The notes under the pieces are model-generated. The model was not told the DNA's origin, made no database searches, and saw only the letters and a program-made list of their open reading frames with translations. A DNA stretch of 63,786 nt, the filler included, from Intoshia linei (taxonomy: Eukaryota > Animalia > Orthonectida): NCBI GenBank assembly GCA_001642005.1. It is 9 parts of 9 records of this genome, joined end to end, with 100 filler letters (N's around TTAATTAATTAA, not from the genome) between each part and the next. Parts side by side here need not be neighbours in the genome. Positions count along the whole stretch, not along the records: positions 7,530 to 18,230 come from LWCA01001241.1; positions 18,331 to 32,053 come from LWCA01001021.1; 7 more parts are not named here. One strand, written 5' to 3'. The position numbers were made by a program, and so were the translations under genes. This document shows positions 15,385-28,305 of this stretch, piece after piece; the first letter of the stretch is position 1; the number at the start of each line of letters is the position of its first letter.

Positions 15385-16491
15385 AGAACGAAAAATATAT
15401 CATTTTAATAAAGAATATCCTTAAATGACCTATTGTATTATATATTTATTTGTTGTAAGTATGTTAAAATTTTTTATTGATATTTTTAATAAAAATTTTA
15501 TTCAAATTTTGTATTCATCAAAGAATTATAATGCAAAATAAAAAAATCCCTGTCCAATAATTATTTTATTAATTTTAGTGGTTCTCAATAAAACTACTGG
15601 CGTTTTAGTGTCTATCATAATTATTAAGGGAATATTTCCGATTTTTCGTAATTAGGTCCATTTTTATCGTATTGTCAACTCTGGCATAAATATCGTAAAT
15701 ACACGTCTTCCAAATATCATTTTATAATGCACGTAAACACCTTAACTTGAAGCTACAAAATCAATTATAAAAATTGGAATTTTATCTTTTTTTTTTCAAA
15801 AATTTTGGAATTTCTATTAAAAATTATGCAAAATGGGACTATTGTATGCGAGCAGTTCCTAAATGGCGGTTCAAGGGAATTTTTTTTAAAATTTTAGTAA
15901 GTTATTTTAACAAAAATCAAATATTTAGCAAAAAAACAATCTCAAATATAATCTTATATATTTAAATTAAATCTTATTAGCGTTTTTCGTTTTCGTTTTA
16001 TTGTTTTAAAAAAAATTACTAAAAAATTAAGCTTAATTTATTTATATTTTTAAAATCACTGAAATTTATATAAAAAAAAACATTTTAAAAAATGATTTAT
16101 CAAATTTTATACTAGAGGCTTTAGTTTAAAGTCATAAATAAACTAATCCTTAACGAAAAAGCCAATTTTACCAACCCTTTAGAGATATTCTACTTTTTAC
16201 TTATTATTAAAACTTGACAAATTACTATTTATGATCTTTTATAAAATAGTTTATGCAATTTTATCAATCTTGCGTAAATGTATATTTATATAAATTCACG
16301 GTAACCCATACAATACATAAAATATACACTTTTTCAATTTATTAAGTGTAAAAATAATAACAATTTATCTAATGCAAAAAACTTGTCTTAAAAATTATAA
16401 TTTTGGAAACTAAATTGAATTACGTTTTTGCATAAAGCAATCTAATTCAATTCCTAAAATGAAAGAGCTTGTTTAAGAATCGCATATCATA

Positions 16492-16660
16492 GTTGGTAAA
16501 AATGAAATTTTCCCCTAAGGGTTGGTAAAACTAGATTTTTCTTGTTAGGGTTGGTATAACAAGAAATTCCCCTAAAGGGTTGGTTAAAATGGAAATTTCT
16601 CTAAAAGGTTGGTACAGCTGGATTTTTCTTTTTAGGGTTGGTAAAACAGGATTTTTAGTA
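16492..16660 (+). repeat. ~29-bp minisatellite, 6 units with core (AGG)GTTGGTA
   Basis: gttggt recurs at ~29-bp spacing; single related units at ~10693, ~16165 (-) and ~34755 (-). Confidence 0.8.
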
Positions 16661-17419
16661 AAAATGATTGGATTTTTGAAATTTTACTAAAAATTTTTGA
16701 ATGATTCATTTATGAATTATTGGACGTGAAATCATTAACAAATAAGATTGTGATGTGGGTCGGAATTTTTATGTCATTAAAATGGGGTCGCGTATGACAA
16801 AAGGTTAAAAATCCTGCTTTACCTTACTTTTTTCGTTAAAAAATTTTATTTTACAAATTCACTTTTATTAACATGTAAACTTAAATATTCAATAAATATT
16901 TATTCACATTAAAACTTCATCTCTGATCGATGGTACATTTTTTTAATTAAAAGTCAAAGCCTTTTTCATTTTCACAAATTGGCCTCATAGCTTTTAACTG
17001 TTGTGATGTCTTTAATTCATCAAGTGATTTAGATTTTTAAGGGGTCCGTTGGTTTTTAAGTTTAAAAACCACTGCTAGAAAATTCAGTATATTTTCCGGG
17101 AACTGTACTTTGGTCGTCTAATTTAATGCTTAAGCGTGTAATATAATTATTGTACCATTTAATTTACATTATTGTTATCATTTGAATGTTAATATTCGAA
17201 ACGTTTGAATAAATTTATAAATTTCTGTGGATCACCACAAATCAACATTTCTCATAAGCCGTTTTTTTATGTATTAGCATTTTTAAGTAAATTTTGAAGT
17301 TATTATTGAAAAATTTAATTTAATAGTTACAACGTCTAATTAATCCCGCTTCTATAATTATTAATATTAATTAATTAGATAAAATTAACTGTTAATTTAT
17401 CTTTTGGTTTCATGGACAG

Positions 17420-18230
17420 GATAGATACATTGATTCTAAAATAGATAATTGTTTTGTATGCCTTAAGTGATAAAACCGTTAAATTCAATAAAACTAGGTT
17501 ATCCCCCATTGAATATCCTAAAAGTAAATGGGAAATGTTAGGCATTGATCTCGTTGGTCCTATGAATTATTTACCATATGATAAACGTTATGGGATAACT
17601 CTGGTAGATCATTATTCCAAATGGCCCGAATTTAAACTAGTTGAAGATACTACGACGAAAATTATTTTACAATTCTTGGAAGATATATTTGCGCGCGAAG
17701 GGTTACCAAAAGTTATAATATCTGATAATGGGACCCAATTTAAATCTGATAAATGGAAGATGTTGTTACAGAAACGCGGCATTACATCAAGATACACATC
17801 AAATTATCATCCTTAGAGTAATGAATTGGTAGAGAGATTCAATAAAACGGTGAAGGAGAAATTGCGGATTGGCGTGAAAAAGAGTAAGGATGTAAACTCC
17901 GTTGTTAATGATATTCTGATGATATATAGAGCTGTTACTCACTCAACTACACGGTTATCACCCTCTCAATTACTACATGGTAGTACTCTGAAAACTCGAT
18001 TATCTCTTGAGTTAGAATCTAGTCCAGTTAGTACCGAGCAGGCAGATCTTATCGCCAAAAAGAATGTGCAAAAATGCCAAGAGAAATTAATTAGAAATGA
18101 TAGGACCAAAGAAAGACATTTAACAGTTGGTGAATATGTGCGGGTTGGAGGTCCACATCTAAAGAGATATTCTGTCACAGCCATTGAAAATAGTTGAAGT
18201 AATTGGACCAGGTACATATAAATTAGAAGA
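17420..18230 (+). mobile_element. Ty3/Gypsy LTR retrotransposon integrase fragment (pseudogenised)
   Basis: WEMLGIDLVGP, VDHYSKWPE, FAREGLPKVIISDNGTQF, YHP*SNELVERFNKTVK (D,D-35-E); in-frame TAG at 17814-17816 where Gln is usual; runs into a gap. Confidence 0.9.
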
Positions 18231-18599
18231 NNNNNNNNNNNNNNNNNNNNNNNNNNNNNNNNNNNNNNNNNNNNTTAATTAATTAANNNNNNNNNNNNNN
18301 NNNNNNNNNNNNNNNNNNNNNNNNNNNNNNTTTGACCGTGAAGGCGTTACTTATTCAGATTGAAATTTTTTGTGTGTGTTAACATAATACAACTGTACAA
18401 CTTGTAAATTTTTTTAAATTCTAGGGCTGTTTTCATTTCAAAAAAAAAAGATAAATTGGGGTTTTGGCCGTGAAGATATATTTTTAGTTTTGATTATAAA
18501 ATCCGTATCAGAGTGTATATTTTTTATATTCTCGAACTCGTTTGATATTTTAAAAAAAAGGATAATCGGGCTTTTTGACCCCTAAGATGTGAGTTTGAA

Positions 18600-19080
18600 A
18601 TTTTGGTAAAATTTCAAAAAAACTTACAATCATCTCCAAAATCCTTATATTTGATAAATCTATATTACATTACAAAGAATTGAATTACCAAGAAAATTTT
18701 CAAAAATTTTACTATTACTAGCAAACTAATTTATTTGATATTTTTTGTGATAAAATTCATGGAAAATTTGAAATATTTTGATAAAATTTCAAAACAACAT
18801 ACTAACATCTCCAAAATCGTTTTATTTGAGATATTTATATTACATTTTTAAAAATTATTATAATTAGCGTCAAAATGATTTTGTATCAAATTTTTTGATC
18901 AATAAAAAGAAAATTTTCAAAAATTCCATAAATTTTAGATTTCATGGAAAATTTGATTTATATATATAAAATTTCAAAAAATCTTACTATTACACGCAAA
19001 CGAGTCTATGTGATATTTTTTATGATAAAATTCATGGAAATTTTGTATTATTTTGAATTATTTTGATAAAATTTTCAAAA
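18600..19080 (+). repeat. Degenerate AT-rich tandem/satellite-like repeat
   Basis: Recurrent CATCTCCAAAATC (18631, ~18807) and GATAAAATTCATGGAAA (~18749, 19024). Confidence 0.6.
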
Positions 19081-19908
19081 AACACAAAATAAAAAACAAT
19101 AAAAGTGTTTTTGCTATATTTTAAATTAATTTTTATAAAAAACTGTTCTAACTAACCTCAAAAATATTTTTGGCCATATTTTCTTATCAACTCAAAGAAA
19201 AATTTGAATAAATTTTAAAAAAATTATATTACATTTTTTACCGACAATATACCGAAAAAAGAGTTTTTAGATTTTTTTGAAGGTGTTCTTATTATCCATA
19301 AAATTATTTTTTTCGATATTTGATAATTACGTTAAATTTGCGTCATTTTTAAAACAATAATTAAACAAAAAAAATCGTGTAAAAAAATAAATATAGACTT
19401 TAACCCTTTCACTGTCTGGAATGTATGTTTTAATTAAAACTTGTATAATTTTTAAATTACTTATGTGAAAATGTATGAAAATAAAAGAATAAAGTTTTTA
19501 AAAATTATGCTGTGTATAGTGTAGATCAGTGTATCTCAATCTTTTTTACTGCGCGGAACCCATTTCAAAAATTTTAAAAAATTGCGGCACCTAAAAGCAT
19601 GATCAAAAAAAATTTTTTTATTGCATACAACAGTAATTTAGAAAACTTTAAATTGAAAAATATCGCATTTATAAATTTACAGAACCTTAATTAAATTTCG
19701 CAGAACCCCTGGGTTCCGCGGAACACGGGTATAGATTTTATACTATTAAACCTCCGTTATTCGTCAACAATTTTTCAAACTAAATAAGATTTGCGAACAA
19801 TATAATAAAATGATTGTATTTTATAGAAATTTGAAATGTTTTTTTATATATGTCGGTACATTTTTTTGGTACCCCAATTGTAAAAATTGGTCTATATGTA
19901 TTTAATAG

Positions 19909-22900
19909 AAACTCATACCATGATTCGTCGAACTGGAATACACAGTAGTGTTGAAGATGAAGTATCAAAAATTTTTGAGGGTAAATCACTTAACGCCCTT
20001 GAAATGTTGAGAGAACAAATTATCCAAAAACTGGATAGTCAGGCTAAAATTGATAGAGGTATTGTAGTTAAATTTAAATTTTTTTAAATAATTTAAATCA
20101 ATATTAGCATATTGGGAACGATTACTTCAAAAGTTGAAGGAAAATGTCGCTCGACAAAAACTTTGTCAGATTCATTCTTTAATCTTATCAATAAATGCAA
20201 CTAAAATAAAAGTTGAATCTTTACCAATTTCTAGAAATATGAAGGAGTAATTATGTTTTGTGAGTTTTTATTTATTATTAGGAAATTTGATCAATATGAA
20301 GCATACAAAAACGGAAGGTACAGTCCTGCACTAATCGATTTTGATAGTGTGCCACAAGTTGCTAAAGTTGTCTCTGAAACGTACGATAAGAAAGTTATTG
20401 ACTCTGAGCGTTCTAAAATATTTGAAAAATTTAAAAATGTGGTGGTAGGTATTTTAAATATCTTAATAAAATACGTCAAAAAGTGTTTATGTTAAAAATA
20501 CATACTTGATGTATTTTTTAACATTTCTAAAAATCTATACCTTAAAAATTAATGGATATACCAAATAGATTTAGCTAATGAAAATTGATTGGAATACTGT
20601 TAAGATATAAACTCTTGAGTATATTTGGATATTATCTTTAATGTACAAAAAGTTATATATTTTCAATTAAACACACACTTACTTGGTAGAATTTTATTTT
20701 TTTATACGGATTGGTAATGTATGATATTTTGTCAACATGAAATATGATTTTACTAGAATATAATTAAATTTTTTGCAATAAGTTATATTTAATGTTTTTG
20801 TTGTCAAATATACCTAATTGGTCTACTAATATTTGTAATATTATTAAATTGATAGAAATCTGAGGAAATTTATGAAAGAATGTTACAAGAAGCTAGAGAG
20901 GGAATGAACGAACATGAAATGGAGTTTAAAGACACAGTAAATATCGAATCCAATAGCTCCATGACATTAAAAAAACCTAGATTCTTTAATAGAATCAATG
21001 CTGTAATTTGCCAAAATACAATTGTTAAATAAATTAGCTATGTAGTCAAACAATACACTATTTTATAAACCAGGGGTCTGAAATTTTTTGTGTCTCGTGG
21101 GCCACTTTTTTTATAAAAAATTCAACGGTTTCTGTTTTTGAAAATTTACACATGATAAATTTTAATTTTAACTGATGAGAAACGGTTCTAGCATATTCAA
21201 CAAAATAATATCCAGGGCGATCTGAAAATTCAGAGATGAAATGATTAAAATGAGCCAATTATGGTATAAAAGTGTTTAAAAGTTGAAAAATGAATAGTTT
21301 ACATATTTACTCAAAAGGCCATTAAAATTATTCTGTGGGCTACTGGTTGCCGACCCCTGCATTACATCGACGTATGTATTACAATGTAATAATTAAATTC
21401 ATGAAATGAAACTACAATTTGTAATAAATTTCTAAAGCCAAGCGAATAGAATTCCAATTTAACAAAAAGGAATCTATTATTATTATTACAAAAAGTTAAA
21501 GTCAAAAAATTTGTTAAATTCCAAAAAGTCTGTTAAATAAGATTATATCAAATTATTATAATGCCAAAAGTATATTAAAAAATTTTTGCTTATTTTTAAT
21601 CTAGGATAATGGTTTAAAAAAGGTTGAGAATTCCTGGTATAAACTATTACATATTAACTTATAATCCAGGGGTATTGAATACTATTCAAGTAATTTTGTA
21701 ATAATAGTTTTGATATTTGAAATTAAAAATATATATATGTGAAACCTTTCTAAATATTTCGGAGCTACCCATGGATACATGTTCAGATCAATACAAGTAT
21801 AACTATGATTCCCACACTTTCAAATGACTTAAATTGTATCTACTCTGGTCATATTTATGTATGTATTTACTATTATTAATAATTAATTAATAATAATTAT
21901 TAAATTTAGGGATTTGACTGGAACAAGTATAACCAAGCACATTATGATGTAGACAACCCACCACCCAAAGTGGTTTTAGGTTATAAATTTAGTGTAATTT
22001 TAATTTTTAAAAATAAAATTTGATCAATGATTGTAAGTTTTAATTTGAGACAGATCTGTATTGTATCAATTAAAAATTGAAATGCCAAATAGGTAGAATA
22101 CATTTCATTACAATATATTTTAATTCAATGGACGCGGAATTTGAAAATTTTGACTTTTGCTATTATTTTCCATTAAACTTTATCAGTGGCCACCAAACAG
22201 ATTAACACGGGATAGGATAATCTAGAAAAAAATCCACGAGCCAGATGAAAAATAAGCAATTTAAAACATTTTTACAACACATAACAAACACATAATATTG
22301 CGGTTGTCATATTTTTTTTCAGGTTTACGGTTTACTATGATAATTTTAATATTAAAAAAATTTGAAAAATATTAAATGATAATATATTAAAAATTATTTT
22401 TCATCGGGAATGCGTAGATTTCTGGGCTTGAAATTTTGTATTTATATCAACTGGTATATGCTCTATCAGAATTATCTTTTTTTAAATTTTCGAACCGTTA
22501 ATTATTTCACATGTTTGGTTTTAATGTTAATAAAATATTTCGAAAAAAATATATTAATACTAAAGTGGTTATATGACCGTGAAAGCGTCACTTATTCAGA
22601 TTGAAATTTTTTGTGTGTGTTAACAGGATACAACTGTACAACTTGTATTTTTTTTTAAATTCTAGGGCTGTTTTCATTTAAAAAAATAAATAACTTGGGG
22701 TTTTGGCCGTGAAGATATATTTTTAGTTTGGATTTTAAAATCCGTATCAGAGTGTATATTTTTTTTATATTCTCGAACTCGTTTGATATTAAAAAAAAGG
22801 ATCATTGGGCTTTTTGACCCCTAAGATGTGAGTTGGAAATTTATCTTACTTTCACTCGAAAAAAACTGTTATAGAAGTGTGAACTTTATAAAATTTTAAG

Positions 22901-23680
22901 ACTCTTAGTTATTGAAATAAATGATAACACACACAAAGAATATAATAAGTAAGGATTTGAATCCTATTTATACTGAAATCGAATATTTAGATATTTTATC
23001 CTGATTTACTGGATCCAAGTAAAACACCAAGCTACACATTGGTAATATATCAAGATTAATGAGTTTTATTTATATTTTAGAAGCCATACCCAGTTGATAA
23101 AGATTTTTCGATTTTAACGTTTAATGCATCTGCACCATATGAGGTATATTCTTTGTGTGAATTTGATAATTGTGAACATAAGGCAAATTATTGAAATATT
23201 AATGTTTACAATTTGTCAAACAAATATTTAATCTTATAGTTGATATATTATAAGATATCTATAATTAATAAACCCTTAATCATAACCTCCAGCCATCTAC
23301 CAAATTAAAATTTTTTAGTCAATTAAATGAAACCGCCAAAATATAAAATAAATTAAACAGTAATGAGCTATAGCCTATAGATCGAATCTTTACACCGTCC
23401 ATAATAATTAAACATTTTATAGGCCGTGCACTTTTCTTGTAAAATTAAAAAAAATTTTATTAGTTTTTATATTTACTAGAAAAAAATCAATGAAAAATTT
23501 GTCTGATAATTTAATACGTTTCTTATGATCTCATTACATAATCTTTAAAACTAGGACATTGCTTTTAAAATTGTGAACCGTGAATGGGAAACATCGAGCA
23601 AATACGGATTTCGAGGAAAATTTCAAGATGGAATTTTTCAATTATGGTTCCATTTTAAAAGATATCGTTATCGAAGATAA
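19909..23680 (+). CDS. CACTIN: Cactin (spliceosome-associated), C-terminal half; N-terminal exons not seen (likely in the gap 18231-18330)
   Basis: GIHSSVEDEVSKIFEGKS, YWERLL, KKPRFFNR, GFDWNKYNQAHYDVDNPPPKVVLGYKF, IFYPDL, APYEDIAFKIVNREWE, FQLWFHFKRYRYRR*. Confidence 0.93.
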
Positions 23681-23753
23681 TAATGTTATAAAATTAAAAA
23701 TGTATTTTAAATGTAGGAAAAATTTGAAATTTTATTATTAATAAAGTGTACAT

Positions 23754-24498
23754 TTATATAATTCCAATCTAAAATATTATTATAAAAAAAAATTCAAAAA
23801 TTAACCTTATTGGCTACATCCAAAGCGTCGCAATCTGGAACCAGTTTAACAAAAGCCTTTTTCTCTCCATCGGGTCTAAATCATTCAAACTAAAATTTTC
23901 AATAAAATTAAAACCTTATAATTGTATTAACTTTGCACACACCGACATTGAACATGCTCTTAACAGCCAATTTTATTTTATTTTTATTTGCAGTTTTGTG
24001 TACCACAAAAACCAGTGTATTTTGTTCCTCAACCTTTTTCATTGCAGATTCAGTTGTAAGCGTATATTTAATAGTTTGGTATTGATCAAGACTAAAATGA
24101 ATTAAAATTTAAACATAATAAAATGAAATTACGCCTTCTCACGTGGAGCACTTCGTCTAGGATACTTTGGATTTCTCGGTAATTTCAATGTTTTTGGCAA
24201 ATAGAATCTGGGTTTAGTGAAAACCTTTTGCTTTCTAACACCGACGGTTCCGTGTAATAGGGCCTTTTTAGCTTTTAAAGCTTTGCGTTTCATCATTGTA
24301 TCCAAACTTAAAGGAGTCTTTACTCGTTTTTCAATAACTTTCTTGACTACATTTACTTCTTTAACATCAGACTTTGCATTCTTAGATTTTGACTTTCCTT
24401 TGCTAACTAATTTTATTATATAGACACTGGAAAGATTTACATCCATATTAGTTATAATTTAAACAATTTTAATTTGGTTTACCTTTTCCTTTGGACAT
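23754..24498 (-). CDS. RPL23A: 60S ribosomal protein L23a (uL23), 5 coding exons
   Basis: MSKGK start at 24498; [66 protein letters not shown]. Confidence 0.96.
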
Positions 24499-24908
24499 TT
24501 TGATTCACGTGAAAATAAAGTACGATAATAAAATTTAATTGTATGACAATTTAATAAAGTTTTTTTGAATTGGTTAGATTCAACATTTATTTATTATTTG
24601 ATAATGTGTATTGTCTTAGACAAACTTTTTGTCAGTTTCAAGAATAGCTGAGCAAATTGAGATATTTTTTTACATGAACTTATTATTGGATATCGTATTG
24701 AACAATAATTTGTGATTCTCGACTCTATGATAGCTAATTATCAAAAGTAAATCATATTAATAAAAATAACAATTGTTAGTATAAATATCAAAATTTCAAG
24801 TGTATTAGATTTGAATTTAAATAATTAAATATTCATGTCATAAAAACAACATAAAGTAACCTAAACTATACTAACCAAAAAATAAAAATTTATCCAACTT
24901 TATTAAAT

Positions 24909-24916
24909 TTTGGCGC
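24909..24916 (+). promoter_or_regulatory. Candidate E2F site upstream of the CDK gene
   Basis: TTTGGCGC matches TTTSSCGC; ~46 bp before the CDK ATG in very AT-rich DNA. Confidence 0.5.
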
Positions 24917-24962
24917 CATTATATATTGCATTTTTAATAGATTGAAGATTTTATAGTAAAAA

Positions 24963-27681
24963 ATGGACGAACCAATAACTTGTATTGCAGATGAAGATTT
25001 TAACAGTATTAATCATTACAAAAAGGTTGAAAAAATTGGAGAAGGTATACATTTAAATGTCATAATATAAATCGTAAACATCATAGGAACATATGGAATT
25101 GTGTATAAAAGCAAGTGTCTTTTAACAGGTAATATGGTTGCATTAAAAAAAGTTCGCTTGGATGGAAACGACGAAGGTGTTCCAGCAACAACAATACGTG
25201 AAACTGCCACATTGCGGGAGTTGAAACATCGGAATGTTGTGTCGTATGTTTAAATTTTTCGTTTATTACCCTATTTTTTGCAGTATGCTTGATGTTATTC
25301 TTAAACGGAATGGATTGTATTTAGTGTTTGAGTATATGGATATGGATTTAAGAAAATATCTTGATTTGCTACCTAAGCAGATAATTATTCTACCTTCACT
25401 TCTAAAGGTTTTTTGCTTTTGCTCATTGATTATTTACAAAGTTTATAATTACATGTATAATTTTAATATTGGGGTGTATGCGTTAAAATATCGATATTTT
25501 TGAGGGTGTAGAAGAAGAATACATGGTGTGGTGATTATGATGGTATATTGAAGGGTAGAGTAAAAGTAACAAATACTTTAGATTCTAAAGAAAATGGGTT
25601 ACTTTTAATGATGTATCTTCTGAATGATCCCATAATTCTAGAATGCTCGAGATTAATAATTTGCTACTTTTTTTAGTTTAAAGCGTGTTTTTATTGCGTA
25701 TGAGATACAAGGTTCATAATCCTAGTATACATTTATTTTTGCTAGAGTTACATGTATCAAATGATGGATGGAATACTTTACTGTCATTTACGCAGAATCA
25801 TACACCGAGATTTAAAACCACAAAATCTTTTAATAAAAGAAAACGGAATATTAAAAATTGCCGATTTTGGATTGGCTCGAACAATTAATATACCTGTCAG
25901 GCGTTATACTCATGAGGTTTATATATTTTGCAGAAATCAATAATTTTTAGGTTGTTACTTTATGGTACAGAGCTCCAGAAATTTTACTTGGTTGTAGTAG
26001 ATATTCCTTAGCAGTCGATATTTGGAGTATTGGTTGTATATTTGCTGAAATATCTACCAGAAGATCTTTATTCCGCGGCGATTCAGAAATTGATCAATTA
26101 TTTCGCATGTTTAGGTGAGTAATTTATTTTGATTATGTTTTACTTATGTGGTTTTTGGGTTGACGCCCTCATTCAATTTTAAAAATTTTTAAAGGTTTAT
26201 ACAGTAACCATTGTAAGTATATGAATTATTAAATTTTTAACTTCATGAGCGCATTATCATAAATCGAAACATCAGATTACTCCTTTTTCTAAAAGTGAAA
26301 AGAGTTATAAAGTTTAAATTTTTAATCTCACCAAGTGACGCCTTTACGACCAAAAAAACACTAGTATTATTTAATATTTATAAAAAAAAATATTAAATAA
26401 CCAAGCCCTAGTTACTAGGTTACTGTGATCTAGTATTTCTGATAAATTTCAACAAATATTATTCTGATATTGTTTATTATTGACCTAGATGCCTACATTA
26501 AATTAAACTTTAGAAATTAAATGTGAAAAATATAACGGTAAAATGATTTTTATTCAAAAATTTTTCAGGCACCCCCAAAAACCAGTTTGGCACTCCAGGT
26601 TAAGAACTCATGACGTAAAGACATAAGGAACTAAGTATATTATTACAAATTAATTTATATTTTTTATTATTTTTGGAATTTAAAAAATATCTATACTTTA
26701 TGAGACATAGTATCAAACGAGCTGGTACCCCTTAGGGGCCCAGTATTTCACATGGGAACCGCTGATCTACATCTAGAAACTCTGTAATAAATATTAAAAA
26801 TTTTTCGATATTTTATTTGAATCTTACGAACTCAGGCATATAATTTTGGTCCCCAATCTGGAATCACTGATTTAATGTATACATTATTTATGAAAAAATT
26901 GTTGTTAACGGAATGATATTTTTCTTCAGGACCAATTATTCGGTTGACGAAGAATTTGCCAGTATAACTTTGTTATTATGATTTTAAAATCTATTTCAAT
27001 ATTGGTAACATTTTTTCATCCGACTTTTTTTTTAATGGGCTGAATGTATTAATTATTAATACAAAATTTGTTTATATTTTAATAGAGGATACTTAATATA
27101 TTTGGTGATATTGTGATGATAGAAAAAAGTAGAATATACTACGGATATTTCCAATTTTACTTTTTCTGGAATATGATTATTTATGATTGTTTAGGGTTGT
27201 AACTACATTGTTGTATTATTAATTGTTTTTAAAATTTCATACTCATATTATATATTAAATTAAAAAAATTCCTTGTTAAACTTTCAAGTCGGCTCTCGGC
27301 ATACCTTAGCTATTGTTTTTACTGTTTGTATAGTCAAGCTAGTTATTAATACATTTGATGTATTTTTTATTTAGAGCATTAAAAAAACCGACTGACGAAG
27401 AATGGCCAGAAATGCGACGTAGTAAAAATTACACTCACCTTTTCCCGGGATATGCTGGAATACCATTTGCATCCAGAGTTCCAGACATGGAACCTGAAGC
27501 CATAGATTTATTATTGGTTTGATTATCTTTTTAGTTTCTTATATTAAATTAGAAAACTCTCATTTTTGATCCTTCTAAAAGAATTACTGCCAAGGAAGCC
27601 CTCAATCATATTTATTTCGAAAATTTTGACACTATTAATTTGCCTATTGTTGACTTTTCTATTCTTGTATATGATGATTAA
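24963..27681 (+). CDS. CDK1: CDK1/CDK2-family cyclin-dependent kinase
   Basis: [86 protein letters not shown]; GT-AG introns. Confidence 0.85.
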
Positions 27682-28305
27682 TCTCAAATATATATTTATA
27701 ATGGTTTATTTTTTTTAAATGTTTTTATATGTAATGTCAATGACATTATGTCATTAATGAAACCATTTTAAAATTATTTACTTTAAAACCACTGAAGTTT
27801 AACAATTGTATATTGTTTATACTAACCGTCAATCAAATTATAAAATTTTTGAAAAATTGCACCCTAATGGTCAGAGTCCCAAATTATACACAAAAAAATT
27901 TAAAAAGTGTATATTAGGATAGTGTTACAATAAATTATATGTAGATTATAACGAATAAAAGTGACAAGTAAACCATATTTTACTATATATTAATAAAAAG
28001 TTAATTAAAATAATATATCCTAAATAATTTAATAAATGACAAAAATTACATTACATTATAAAAAATGTAGTTTTATCTGTGAATTATGATGCAAAGTGAC
28101 GTGTAATTTTAACGTTTAATGTTAATGTGCAGTATCATGATTAATTACAAATATATTATAATTACATTTCAGTACATGTAAAGAAAATTTTTTAATTAGT
28201 GAATTCTCACTGACGATATGTATGAGTAAATGACGATTATTACATTTAAATTTAAATTATTGGCACTGTATTTTGAAACGGCATGATAATTTGAATTATT
28301 TTCAT

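Noticed and set aside
16492-16660. CRISPR-like look (constant core, variable spacer)
   Set aside because: Eukaryotic context, core too short, spacers related to each other, no cas genes
17814-17816. In-frame TAG in the integrase as possible stop-codon reassignment or readthrough
   Set aside because: TAG, TAA and TGA all end host genes normally here; the element is truncated, so this is simple decay
24407-24482. RPL23A first intron (76 nt) as possible snoRNA/miRNA host or microexon carrier
   Set aside because: No clear C/D or H/ACA boxes, no long hairpin, no internal AG-GT pair giving a sensible microexon
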